DNA of 64,000 bases, taken from NCBI GenBank assembly GCA_973851085.1, contig OZ316775.1, positions 19,220,001-19,284,000 of the forward strand. The letters run 5' to 3'. Of this stretch, positions 1 to 13,600 are shown piece after piece. The stretch comes from Ptychomitrium polyphyllum (lineage: Eukaryota). The translations under genes and the position numbers were made by a program. The notes below the pieces were generated by a model. The model saw only the letters and a list, made by a program, of their open reading frames with translations, had not been told where the DNA came from and ran no database searches. Positions within the stretch are counted from its first letter, which is position 1. Each line of letters starts with the position of its first letter.

Positions 1-1523
1 TGCGTTTTGTAGAACTACGTCCACGTTATATTTTCTTTTAGGAAAAATAGTGTTTCTGAATGAACGATTCAAAGCAGGGACAGGTGCAGACGTAAGGCTG
101 GTTTTTCAGCAGCTTCATTGTTAAATGCTTGTCATGGTCGTCCAGCCTCGAAATACCATTTTAAGTAAGTGTACACCCCAGTGTTAGCTTCCTAATTACA
201 GGGTAGTTTCTAATTTAAGGACCCTACCAGTGCACAATTGCGACATGAGCGGAAGTAGGTCCAGAAAAACTGGTCTTCACAGAATATTATCTCGCTGTAG
301 AAAGGAACTGCAGTTCTAGGTCTCCTTAGAAGGGAGCCCTGTGTTCCAGTTTGAAGCGCGTTGGAGGCTTCGAAAGTGGGAAAAGCCGTCGATTGGACAG
401 AGAAGCACAAAGACGAAGCCCGCCGCATACCCGCGCGAGGATTAAGTCGCGATTGATACTAGGGCGGGTATTGCCAGTGCCCGCCGGGGGAGGGAGGAAT
501 AAGGTAGGGAGAGAGACGGCCAGGGGGCAGCGGGAGAGGAGGGAGGGAATGGGGGGAAGCACAGAACTCGTCAGTCAGAGGCAAAGGAAAGGAAAGGCAA
601 GGGAAAGGGAAACTAGGCGTTGCTGTGGCGCCGAAAGAGAAAGCAGGAACTTGGACGACGGGGAAGGGGGAGCGGGAGGGGGAGGGGGGAGCCAGGCTTG
701 CTGGCTGAGGCTGGCGCCCCAGGCACCCCGCACTCCAACCGAAACGGAAGCTAAGCTCAGCTCTCTTGGAACTTGGCTGCCTCAGCTTTACTGGAGGCAG
801 GGGAGCTCAGGACGAACTTGACTCCCAAACCAAGCAGCTGCTGAGGCTCGCCACACCACAGGCTGCCATAGCCAGAAGGAGCCTCGCGGTTGCAGCAGCA
901 CCACCAAGTGGGAATGGGCCCTGCCCTCGCCCCCCCGTGCCCGCCTTACTCTCCCGCCGCTGTGCCTCCCCGGCACTGCTGCAGCATCGCCATCGCCAGC
1001 CGTGGCCACCCCACCACCATCATCACCACCACCACCACCACCATCCCCAGGCTTCTTTTCGTCAAGGTCCTGGCCTCCCCTTCCACTCCCACTCCCTTAC
1101 CTAACTCAACCTTCAACCCTAACTGCACTTCCCCCGGCTAGCTACCACCAGACCTCTCCTCTCTCTCTCTCTCTCTCTATCAGACATACAACTCTCTCAC
1201 GCCTCTCCTCTCCTTTTTCACGTCTTTCCTTCCCTCGCTGTTGCTCCCTTGTGCGCCTAGGGTTTGCTAGCGTGCCACTTTCTTAGCCACGGCGTTTCAT
1301 CGTCTTGGTTGTCACGCTGGAGTTTTTTGTTTCTCTGTTGAGATCGTCGTTGTGCCGTTTCTCTTTGTGATGGTATTTTTAGTAGTAGTGTGAGGAGGGG
1401 GTTGTTGAGGTTGTTGTGGTTTTGGTAGTTTGGTGTTGTGTTTGGTTGGAGGGTGTGGTTTTGTCGAGGGATTGTGAGGGGGGTTTGAGGGTTAGCGAGA
1501 GGTGGTGTTGTTAGAGAGTATTG

Positions 1524-4500
1524 ATGGAGGGGGTTGAGGTGGTGGAGAGAGAGGAGCACAGCAAGGGCGTGCGGAGGCCACGTTCGGATGCGGCGCGTAG
1601 GCCGCGGTCGCAGGCGGGCCTTGTGACTGCTGCACCTTCGGCGGATGGTCACCCTGGTTCTCACGCTTCGTATGACTCTTACAGGGAGCCACCGCGGAGT
1701 GAGCATCCCGGCGCGGGGCGTGATCGGAGTGCGGAGCGGAGGCCGGGAGAGAGATACGTGGACGTAAGGAGACTTTGTCTTTGTTGATTTTATAGAGAAG
1801 TGAGTTTGTTGTGACTGTGTGGCTCGGATGGGCTTTCACACACTTTCGGGGTTAATGTATTTGCAATGCAGAGAATTGGCTTTGGTTGTTGGTATTTCTC
1901 GACGTGCTGGCGATGGGGTATGCGTATTGATTTTTTAAGGATTTTTGTTGTGAATGTTTTGTGGCAGGTGATGGATTTGGGAGGGGTTCGTACCGACATT
2001 GGGCATGATAGGAAGGAATCTAGGAAGGACGATAAGTATTACAGCAGACATTCTAGTAAGGATCAGCATTCTACTCCGGCTTCGTCTGGCAGACACTTTG
2101 GGAGGGCAGACAGGCTCTCTGGTGACAGATATGAAGGTGAAGGTAGAGTTGGTAGAGACGATTACAGAGCAAGCAAAGATGTGGGAAGGTCAAGGGACTG
2201 TGACTCGAGGTCAGGGAGAGACCAACGGGGTCATAGGTACGGAGGAAGTGGATACCAGGATAACGGAAGAGAAAGTGGGTATCGCGGTGGTGAACGAAGG
2301 GAGGAAGGAAGACAAGGCAGGGGAAATGACAGAGCAGCAGTAGAAGAAGGTGGCAAATACGGTTCTAAGAGAGATGATTACAGAGATAATAAAATCTTTT
2401 CGAGGAAGGAGAAGTTCAGTGATAGAAGGTTTAATGAGAAAGACGATGCTAAACAAGAGCGAGGTGATTGGAGGGAAAGCAATGGGACAAGAAGGCCTGA
2501 GCACGAAAGAGGGAAGAGGCTTGAAAAGAGTATGAAAGACATTGTTGACTCGGAAAGACTCATGAAGGATGATTTAGACGATTACCTCGGTGAGGGGCGG
2601 GGCAGTGACAGAAACAGATCAGGAGGGAGATTTCGAGGGCGCGATGACTATGATAGTGGGAAAGAGAGGTTGTCACGTGATGCAGGTCAAATACAGCGCG
2701 TGAGTATTGCGGAGAAGCAGGGATTGAAGGAGACCAACGTGAAATCTTCAGAGAAGGGTACTTCTGAACAAAAATCTGGAGGATTTACAAAGCTCAAGCT
2801 TAAAGTAGGCGGAGTTACTCACACCATTGTTTCGGATTCTGCAAAGAAAGCAGACGGTGCTGCCGCTTCTGCAACCACGAAGGCACGGGAGCTTGAATCT
2901 GGAGGCGCAAATAAGCGACGGAGACAACGTTTAATACTACAGGTACTTCTAAATATTCTACAGTCCGAAATTTAAACTGGCTATGGTGCACTAATATTTA
3001 ATTCCCTTTTGCTTTTGTTCACGTCTTTGCTCTCACAACACATATAAATGACTATCTTGGTTAAGTTGTTTCTAGACATATTCACATACTTTGCTCTTTT
3101 TCTGTAGGATCAGTCGGATGATGACGAGGAATTTGATTTGCCGGCTCCAAAAGCAGCCAGGAAAACCGATAGCTTCAGCCCAGGCAATGCATTGCAGGGT
3201 GAGCGGAAGACACAGAATGGTGAGAGAATGAATTCTATCACTACACCTGGGCATCCAAAGACAATGTCTCTTGGAGCAGGATCTTCCCTGCAAGCTGTTC
3301 GGAAAAGCTCTCGTGTTCCAAAAAGGCGAATAATGGATGGGGACGAAGATGACGTAGAACCTCAGAGGCCATCAGCACCTTCAAAAGGTTGACAAGCTTT
3401 CCTTGGACCTTAATGTTCTGGTTTATCTCTCTAAGTTTAGATGTTGCAGGCTTTTGATTCTAAATAGCTCCTGCTGTACATTCTAGACAAGCTGGACCTT
3501 TATTGGACTGAAACTTGTATTATGGTGAGTGGCTCCAAGTAGCCACTCGTAGATGCACTACCATAACCCTCGAGATATTAACACTATTTGTTGGCATCTA
3601 CTCGCTGTTTCTCTATTGAGAGACCTCGGATACTAATCTCGAACATCAATGCGTGAAGGTGGCCGTGTTGTAGAGGATGAAGAGGACAAAGAAGAGGCAA
3701 ACTTAGAGGAGGAATTTTCAGATGCTGGTCGAACTGTAGCTGACGAAAGTTTTGAAGGTTTGGGTGATGAGGATGATGAAGACGAGCTAGAAATAGTTAA
3801 GTCAGGGAAAGTGCAGCAGAGTCGGCAAATAAAGGATATCGGTGGGTCTGGTGTGGCTCTCACTGCAAGGCAACGAGCAATGCAGACATCTAAAGATGTA
3901 GACAGAGAATCTGCTCCCTCTCTAATTGAATATCCGGAGGGTCTGACCAATTCCTTCTCGAAAAGTAAGTTGTATTCTCATATGACACAGCCATACTAGT
4001 TTCCACTGTTGATTTTTGTAATGAGGATTTTCAACTTACTGTTTTATGGTATCAAATTAGTCTATTGATGATGAAATTCAGGTGCTCGTACCTCTGGCTT
4101 CTAGTAAATTGGTTGTACTGAACTAAATGTGCAGAAGGGAAGAGTAATCTGTCAGAAGCTGAGAGGCAAGTTAAGAGGCTAGAAGCTGCTCATCGGCGGA
4201 GACAGCAGGTCGAGAAAACTGCCAGAGATATTCAGGTAGATGGCATTTCCTGTTGCTGTTCTTACCTGTAGATCCTGTGTGCGTTACAAGTTATCAATCA
4301 ATATCAGTGGGATCAAGCCTTTTATTCTTATGAGTTGCAAAAACTGTAGCTTTAGTCGCTGTAGTGTGTATAGAGATGTGGTGATAACATTTACCTCACA
4401 CATAGATGTGCATGTTTCTCACGCTGGCTAACTAGAGGTTTTGTTTGGTATGGTAGGCGACTGCAATTCAGAGAATTTTGGGGCAGGATTCGACCAGAAA

Positions 4501-5231
4501 AAGGCGTGAAAATCGTCTGGAGAAACAGAGACAAGATATTGAAGAGGTTTGCATTTTTTTTTAAATTAAATTTTAAATTAATTTTCCATTTACGCATACA
4601 TTTTGCAAATTTATTTATTTTCATGTTGTACTCACATGCAGCAATGCAACAGTAGAAGATCTTGGCTTTTATCTACATTTCCTATCATAGCCAGAGCAGT
4701 TTAAGTTATCATTATTTGCTGTTTAAACTAGTACGCTGCGAATGTTTTGTGGACAAGAAATTTTTAGTGTTGATGGCAGATTGAAGCAATTTGTTCATGT
4801 CACCTTAGTCTCGAGTTTTTTCTTGTCTTACAGGAGAAGAAGGCAGCTGAACTTGCTCCTTCAACCAACAGTATTCGCTGGATTCTTGGTCCCTCTGGTT
4901 CTATTGTTTCATTTTCAGAGGACGTTGGACTTCCAAGCTTCTTTAATTCAGGCCCTATCAGGTTTGGTCTACATTTCTATTTCCTTGCTCTTTTGTAGGT
5001 TGCATGATTCTCTATGTCTTAGGAATTTATCTTTATCACTGTTATTTCTAGAGGTTTGAATTCTAACGTTCACATATTTTTTCTAGATACCCACCGCCAC
5101 GAGAAAAGTGTGCTGCTCCGACATGCTCCAACTCATACAAGTATCGCGATAGTGAATCCAATATTCCTCTCTGCAGTCTTCAATGTTACAAAGCAGTTCA
5201 TAATGCTCTTCCTGTTACCTCAATATATTAA
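1524..5231 (+). CDS. INO80B: INO80 complex subunit B / Ies2-like (PAPA-1 domain with C-terminal zinc-finger-like motif); ~8 exons (approx. 1524-1763, 1968-2942, 3108-~3388, ~3620-3964, 4135-4235, 4456-4546, 4833-4961, 5088-5231)
   Basis: Spliced translation gives motifs typical of plant PAPA-1/Ies2 proteins: KLKLKVGGVTHTI, RRRQRLILQ, VRKSSRVPKRR, LTARQRA, LIEYPEGL, EAAHRRRQQVEK, AIQRILGQDS, SIRWILGPSG, YPPPREKCAAPTC..YKYRDSESNIPLCSLQCYK. GT-AG junctions keep frame where checked; TAA at 5229-5231. Confidence 0.85.
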
Positions 5232-6766
5232 GAATTTTATCTAAAAAAATAGACCAGAGATGGTCAAGAACAAGAACAAGAACAAGGCCCCTATCTTGGA
5301 ATCGATGCTGCAATTCAAAAAATCCCAGGTCATTACGAATTTTAAGAATTCTGGATGCAGAATAAGCATATTCCAACCGGTGCTCAACATCTCTGCCCCT
5401 ATCAATATGCAGTATCTGATTACCTGGAGCATTCGCTCCCAACTGGAGGTGGGCTGAGGTACATATGCAGTTCCAGTACTTTCTGTGCTTTTGAATATTG
5501 GACACAGAAACCCTTTTAGTATTTAAAGTACTCGTTTTATTTAAATGCTCAGTGCCATGCTTTTGAAGGACCAATTTCTCTCGAATATAGATTGCACAAT
5601 ACATATCTTCATTTGTTTTGCTTGTTATGAATGTTTTTTTTGTCTAGGTCTTTATTTTGTCGTCTGGGTTTGCAGATACTTGATCAAATCATGGTCTATC
5701 TCATGGATAGATTCATGCATATTGCTGCACTAAAGATGAGTCCACCAGTGTTTCCACAAGTCAAAACGGTACATGGAGGTGACATCCTTAGTCTGGTTAA
5801 TATCGTATGTAGCAGGAGCAAATGCAAGGACACTACTCATCAATCTGAGCTTCTGGATGCCAGTATCAACGGCACAGGAAAACTTGTACAGCCTCCTGTT
5901 TACTTCCAGCTTCATTTTACCTTAGGCCTTGTTAGGAGCCTCTGAAGGCTGGACAATGGGAAGTGGCAGTTTACAGAGGTCATTAATTCACACATTAGAT
6001 CTTTTTGATGCTGTATGCAATTATTGGGATGTCTGCTGGCATTCTGTTTTCAACTGTGTGCGTGCTGTACTGTTCTTGTTGGTTCTCATGTATCTGGTGA
6101 AGTTTTGTAGTGTTAATAGTATTACCGTGATTAGCTGTATATGATTATTACTCTTATAAGTTATATCCTGGGGATTATTCACATGGGGATTACTTGCAGT
6201 AGTAAGGCAGAAGCTCCTAAGGTAGTGATCACTATTCTTTTTAGGGACCTGTAACAGTTACCTAGGAGTGGACCTGTGCCTAAATTGAGTCTATTCAATT
6301 GGAGTCTCTGCTTTTCATAAAATGAACTGTTAATAGTATGATTATGGCTGATTGGTGGACGACGTCTGTGTACTGAAATAACTTACTCTTCCAACAAATA
6401 TAGAAGTCTATGAAAAATCAAAATGTAAAAATCTGTTTTTGAATTTAATAATGGATTTGAGCTTCTCATTTTGAGTACCACTGAATACTATTGGAGAATA
6501 GTATCCAGTAACTTATTGTAGACTGACAGAAGAGTAAAAGTATCAGAGTGTCTATCATCACTGAATGATGGATTCAAAATTATTATATTTTCCTCCTTAG
6601 GAGTGTATTGCTAGTGGCTACCATTGGCAATAGAATAAATAATTCCTTTTGGCACTATTTCACCTGATTTTCATACTAGATTTTGTGTCATATTAGATTC
6701 ATATTTTCATATATTCATTGCTACATATATTCAATCAAGTTTATAAACTGTACGTGGACAAAAGTG

Positions 6767-6864
6767 GAATTTTACTAAATGTAGCTCTTGGTCAACTGTG
6801 TACACAACTTGTTGCGAATTTTACTAAATGTAGCTCTTGGTCAACTGTGTACACAACTTGTTGC
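6767..6864. repeat. Perfect 49-bp tandem duplication
   Basis: GAATTTTACTAAATGTAGCTCTTGGTCAACTGTGTACACAACTTGTTGC occurs twice back-to-back (6767-6815, 6816-6864). Confidence 0.95.
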
Positions 6865-7010
6865 AATTTGGCTATTGAATTTTAAACAAATAGAATATGT
6901 AGCTATTAGATTAAGACTCTAATTGAATCTATGAAGAGTTAACAAAGCTATAGAATGTGGTAAAAAGGGAGAAAAAACATGCACCAACTTGGCTTTATAT
7001 ACTAGCTTGC

Positions 7011-7040
7011 AAAATACACCAAAATACACCAAAATACACC
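7011..7040. repeat. (AAAATACACC)x3 minisatellite
   Basis: Three exact 10-bp copies, read directly. Confidence 0.9.
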
Positions 7041-7691
7041 ATTACACTCCAATATGCCAATGAGTGTAGAAATCATTTAGAACAAATAAGAATTTCAAAG
7101 TAGAGTACCACACTCTAACAATCTAATGAATCCATACATTCATTCGTGAATCAAATAGAAAGAAAATGCACCAACAAAGCAAAAGAGTCTTCTTCCCATG
7201 CATTAGAAATGTGCTTCTGTGAAGGTGCGAGTTTGTTGCGCAGAGTGGTCCGTCGTGCACCCGAAAGCAGGGAAGATCACGTACTCACTCGCACAGCGCT
7301 GGTGGGACAGTGACGCTGGTGGTTGATGATTCCACTTTGCAAGGCGACGGGGGAGCTGCGAGTGCAGATGCTGGAGAATCCGAAGTAGGAGAGTTGGATG
7401 AGCAGCGGAGCAGGAAGGGAAGCTGAACTCCTGCACCTTAGATCCCGGACAACGTCGTCATCACCGACCAGCTCCTCGAAGTTTGCAGGCTCTGCATTTG
7501 CGTTGCAGCACACTAGCAGCAGCTGCCATCTGCGTTTGCATGTTCCTTACTGCTGTGTTTGTTGCGATTGCTTTTGCACTTGCACAGGTTCAGTCCCATC
7601 TGCAAGTTGTTGAGAGCCGCGCATATATATATAGAGAGAGAGGTGGAGGGGGAAGGGGAAGGGAGGGAGGGAAGGAGGGAGAGAGAGGACG

Positions 7692-10600
7692 ATGCGGGGG
7701 AGAGGGCGCGGGGGCAAGCGCAACCGCACGCAGCGCCGCAACTTCCAGGATACGTGTCCTAACGAGTCGAAGCGCTCGCGTCCTGCCTCTGAGGGAGACG
7801 CCCGTTGGACTCCGTTTGTCATGGACAGCCCCGCCTACGAAGCGTTCTACAAGGCAAGCTTCTCTACTTTCCTTGCCTTTGGAGGCATCACAGTCGGGAC
7901 CTGCATTTAACACTGGCTCAGAGATTAGGTCGTTCTTGCTTGTATTAGCTCACGTTTACTTCGACTACGGAATGGTTCGTTACCTTTTGAGCTCCACTGA
8001 GTGGAATTGATTCCAGGTACACTGTTGGAAAACGTGTATTTCAATTCTACTCGGAAGAAATTCGAGGTTTGAAATTCTGAGGGATTGAGATCAGTAGAGC
8101 AATCATTGGATTGCTCTACATTCTCCTATGTTACAGTCCTGTTGATTTTGTTCATTTTGCTAGGATTTGCAGGCAGAGAAATGCATAGTTGCGATGTTAG
8201 AATTGATGGCATTTCATTTGGGTCTGAGTTTTCGTAATTTGTCTTAAAGATGGTTAATTCAATATCTGATGCTGCGTAATCGAGAGATTCGTTTGCTTCG
8301 GAAGAGGAAGAGAAACCGGAGTTGGGTTGCTTGCTATTATCTCGCCTTGCTCTTTCAAATGTTGTGCTCTTCTGTCTGTTGTAGGAAGTAATAAACTTTG
8401 CTATTGTTGTTTGGACTGGGTTTCGGGGATTTACAGTGTTTTGGTGAGTCGATGAGAGGGGGACGTTCTTTCCGCACTGCCAAACTTGTTGGTTCAGATT
8501 TGTGTGGTTTTGAGATATGAAGTATGTGTTTTCGATTGTTTTGAACAGAAGCAAAAGATTGTACCCGATGAGGAGTGGGATGCGTTCATTACCGCTTTTC
8601 GAAAGCCCTTGGCAACAACGTTTCGTATTAATGGCAGGTTAGTGGATTGATTTACGGTATGTTTGCGTTGTTTTACAGAATTTAGTGGTGAAGCCGATCA
8701 AATTCTCATATAGCAGTTATGTCGATTGTCTTAAAAACTCTAGCGTTGCAGCTATGTTGCTGACTAAGTGTAAAGTTGCCCTAGTCCATACTGTCCGGAG
8801 CTCATGTGTTGTCCATGTTCGTAATTTGTTCTTGGTTTTTTTTTTCTTTTTTCCCCTTCAGTGGACAATTCGCACTCGAGATCAGAGATCAAATGCAACG
8901 CGACTTCTTTGACCAATTGAAGAACGAGACTGAGGTAAGGTTACATGCGTCGACTGAAAGAGCTCCTGAGTATTGAAAGAGGTCAAATCATTGGAGAAGT
9001 CGAGAAATCTTGGAGTAGAAAGCATCCAGCTAGCTGTGTTTTAGTTACAGTGCTCGCAAGCATTTCAGATGCAAGTTCGTGATCTCGAGTGAGAGCTGTA
9101 ATGCTGTTGAGCATCTGGCTTGACACAAGAAACTTCTTTGGTTTCTTTAAATTGTTCTGCTTTCAAAACCGTGGCCCTTTTGAAGTTCTTGGGCGAGTTG
9201 TTTGAGACATTCTCGAGATAGTTTGGGCCAACTTTTTGTTAGCCAGGTACTCTGCTCTGCCTTGGAAAGACTTAGGCTTGCATAGATTAATTACATAAAA
9301 GACTACACATCTTTTGTCCTGCATGCCTTTCCGTGCTAATCGTTTCTTGCTTCCGTATAACAGGTGGATGGAGAAGTCATTGAGCCTGTACGATCATTGC
9401 CGTGGTATCCTGATAATTTGGCATGGCACTTGAACTACTCCCGCATGCAAATCCGGAAGATGCCCATTCTTGAGCGGTATATTCTCCTGAAATTTATTCA
9501 TTATGGATTGACATAAACACTTGTTTTTGTCATCTCAAGAGATTTTCTCGGCAATGTTATGCCTTATTTGAGAATATGATTGTTGAGTGCATGCATTCTC
9601 TACTTTAAAGCTCTTAACAGCGACTTTGCATTACCTTTCTTTTGTGTCGACAGAATACATGAATTTTTGAAGCTGGAGAACGAGGTCGGAAGTATCACAC
9701 GTCAAGAGGCGGTCAGCATGGTAAGTGCTTGTATGTAATGTCGTTTCATTGACATTATCTGTGTGTCCTTGAGTTACCTCCTGTGAGGTTGAAAACTGAA
9801 CGAACATGTCTTCACATCATGTCTACCTTATAGCTCATTTCATGAGCAGAATGCATCTGTCTGTGAATATAGTATTAGGTTATGTAACATTTCTTGGGAC
9901 TTCTGCAGTGCATGAACACCGAAGTGTTTCTGGTACGCATGACGGTGTGCATAATCTTTTCTTTGTTTTTTTTGCAGGTTCCTCCGTTGTTTCTGGATGT
10001 ACAGCCTCATCACAAGGTTCTTGATAGTAAGCTCCATCAATGTGTATGTAGTATATCTGTATTTAGAAGAATGAAATAATGTTTTAATCTCACACATTCT
10101 TAAATCCTACGGCTGGGGATTTACTTGCCTATTCATAGAAGATGATAGTGGGTTGGTGTAGCTGTTAGTGAGGTCTGGCTACTATCGTGAATAGTTAAGG
10201 TCATGTTTATTTCTTTGTATATAATATGTCTTGGTAGTCCAGCTTCAGCTTTCAACTTTAGATATTTGGTACAACCTCTCCTGGAAGTAGATCTTTTTCC
10301 TCAGGTAGGGTATGTTCGTGTATATCGTTTGTGGTAATGAATATAAAATCTACGTTCATCAGCAAAAGCTAGCGTTCGAAGAATTACAGAGGACGTAAAC
10401 GTTGATAAATCATTTCTGCCATCATGTGAATTTGCCAGAACTTTTATATATAGGCTGTCCATTGTGCTGCAGTGTGTGCTGCGCCTGGATCCAAGACTTT
10501 CCAGCTGTTGGAGATGATACATCAAGGTGTCAAACCCGGGGAGCTCTCAGATGGCATGGTGTGTTTTCATACAACTCTGTAATTCTTGTGGTCTTTTGTT

Positions 10601-13600
10601 CTTGTATTGAAGTTGCTTGTGATGCTCTTTGTACACTCTAACTGTTTATATGAGTTGGATAGTAATTTTTTCATTGACCGAATCGTTTGCTGATCGTATG
10701 TAGGTCATTGCCAATGACTCCGATGCTAAGAGGTGTCATCTGTTGATTCACCAAACTAAGCGGATGTGTAGCCCAAATATCGTGGTCACCAACCATGATG
10801 CTCAGCTTTTCCCAGGATTGAAAGACAAAATTGGCTACCTGGAGACCTTATCAACAGAGAATTCGACCGTCAATACTGAAATACCAGAAGAGGAGACAAA
10901 TGGGTTATATTTTGACCGCATTCTGTGTGATGTTCCATGTAGTGGAGATGGTACACTGCGCAAAGCACCAGACATTTGGAGGAAATGGTATGATAATGCT
11001 GTGCTGTATATTATACTTTGGGTGTAAATTTTTTGTTATGACTATGACGTTGATTGCTTTACCTATGAAAATTACAACATGCAAGCGCGTGGGTCACCAG
11101 GAACTGCGGTGTTGCAAATGGTTTACATCGACTTCAAATTCAAATAGTAATGCGTGGTACAGTGTAGCTACCACTTCTCTTCAGTGGCATGTATGAAAAT
11201 GGGATGGAGATTGTGAGATTATGAAGCATGTTGGTACGAAAGAAGCTATTTCACATGCCTAAGATTTTTATCAGTATTATTTAAATTAACGGTACTGCCA
11301 GTATAAGAGATCTGAAATGTCACAAAATTCATGTCCTTTACCTTCATATGTGTTGATCGCCCTCAATATTAAGATCATGATTTTTTACAATGTTCGACAC
11401 TTGTTGTAGTAAAGAAGTATCTTGGCTGTGGGCTACAGGTGTGGCACTCTTGAGAACTGGTGGGAGGTTGGTGTACTCGACATGCTCCCTGAATCCCGTG
11501 GAAGATGAAGCTGTCGTAGGAGAGGTATTCCAAATGTCTACTTTTCAAGTATTATGATTCTGATGCTCCTACATTTGATTCACTTGTCCGAATTTACCCG
11601 GTCCTATCTATTTAACCTTAGAAAGCTTCAACTAGTAATGTGCGCTTTTCAGATTCTGAGGGAAAGCCGTGGAAGTGTGGAGCTCTTGGATGTCTCATCA
11701 GAACTCCCCGAGCTTAAACGCCGAGCAGGCCTTACTTCTTGGCTGGTTGGTTACTTCACCTTCCTTGGTAATCTCTTCCAAGTAATCATGTATTTCCGGA
11801 ATCAAGTTGCTAGGCAAGTTACTGATGCCTGAGTAGTCCAAATGGACCTCGATGGAGTTTCATGCTTTACAAAGGCATATGATGATGGGTGTAGTAGTTT
11901 TGAAACTGAAGGGTGTATTAATGTACAAATCCTTGAAGACTAGTATGAACAGGTAGAATTTCTATACAAGGAGTTCTGTTTTTGCTCATGCTATGTTTGT
12001 AACCAGATCCGAGACAGGAAGAGATGGCTTTGTTCTGCTTCGAAGATAGATAGGCACAGGGCTGGTGCTGTTGTTCCAAGTATGTTTCCATCTGGATATG
12101 GATGGGATCTATTAGAACTTGAACCGCTGACTGAAGTTTCTTCCCCTTCCATAGGCAAGTGGTTGTAGGAGTACTACTTTATAAGATTATTTTTTCTAAA
12201 ATAATCTTTTCGTTTTAGTATTTGACGTCTAAGGTTCCTTGACGAATTATCAGGGTTGTTTCATTCTGAATCTCTTGTATACCTCTGCTCTTATTAAGAA
12301 TTTAGAAAGTTGCTACTAGAACAACGTCACCTCTCAACTTTAAAAGCAGCTAGTTGGAATTGAATTAGCCAGTACTGTCTTTTATTAATCTGACCATGCA
12401 GATATACCAGAATATTGGTTAGTATTCGAATCACCATCTTGCTGTGAGATTTTGCTTCTGAAGTAGCTTTATTGTATTTCAAAATTGTGATAGTAAAAAC
12501 ATGATAATCTCATTTCCTGCAACGATTGCCCTGTCTTCGTTCTTTTCAAAATTCAAGTTCGAGATGTTACAAAGCACTTATATTATTATTCTGTGAAGTG
12601 AAGTTATTACTGATATTTTGAAGCAGAACCAGCTACTAATTATATAGGGTTGCAAGACAGATGCTGGAGATGAGGCGAAGGAGGACGAGGAGACAGAGGA
12701 GGAAGGAGGTCTACCTGAAGTGGCTTCCTTGCCGCTGGAGCGATGCATGAGGCTTCTTCCTCACGACCAAGACACAGGTGGTTTCTTCATTGCTGTGTTC
12801 CGCAAGATTGCCTCATTCAAAGGTACGTGCTTTGTACATTAACCCATCTTCCTCTTCCAATCACATGTTTGTATCCTTCCTCTCTTACAGGGATTTGGAA
12901 GGTTCCAGAAAAGTTAATGTTCACGTCTATCATCATTTGTCAGCTATGACCGATGTTTTGAAAACAACGAACACGTCTAAGGTTCATTGCTGAAGGTTTG
13001 TTACATTTTGGTAGAGCATTCTCTTATTTTGTTTCTTGTTTCATGCAGCTATTCCCAAAACCAAAGCGACACACAAGTCTCGTATCGTACACAAGCGCTC
13101 AGGTTAGAATTTTTGTTTTGAAAGTACCGATTCCTGTTACATCTCATAGGTTTTTGTGGTAGAAGATGCTATGAAATGCACTTTTTATCGTGTAGTTATA
13201 AGAGAACTACTCGTTTCTCAGAATGGCTCAGTATACATCAATGAGTTTGTGCGATGTCTTGTGTGTGCTATTTGCTTGTTTCACCTCAGATAAAGAGACC
13301 ATCATTGCAGATGGAGAGAGAGGTTTACTGGCACCTGTTCCTGTCGACAAAGATTCTACCCTAGTGATTACCAGTGACGTTGGCGATGTTCTGCCTGAAG
13401 GCGACCTATCGGATATCCAACCTGAAGACACAATTGAAATTGAAAATGAGGTTGGAGAAGGAGAACTTATTCCTGGTATGAAACAGTATTTGTTTTCATG
13501 CAGTGTGAACTGCCATTCTCTATTGTGCACAGTTTAAAGTGAAAAATCTCCAATGTTCTATTTCTATTCCTTAAACAGGCAGTCCTGAATTCCTCTAGAC

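Noticed and set aside
326..1286. Overlapping ORFs with poly-His, poly-Pro, poly-Thr and poly-Gly
   Set aside because: Products of (CAC)n, GA and CT tracts in a GC-rich promoter/5' UTR region; several start at non-ATG codons and none has a domain.
6767..6864. Direct repeats considered as a CRISPR array
   Set aside because: Only two adjacent copies, no spacers, eukaryotic context.
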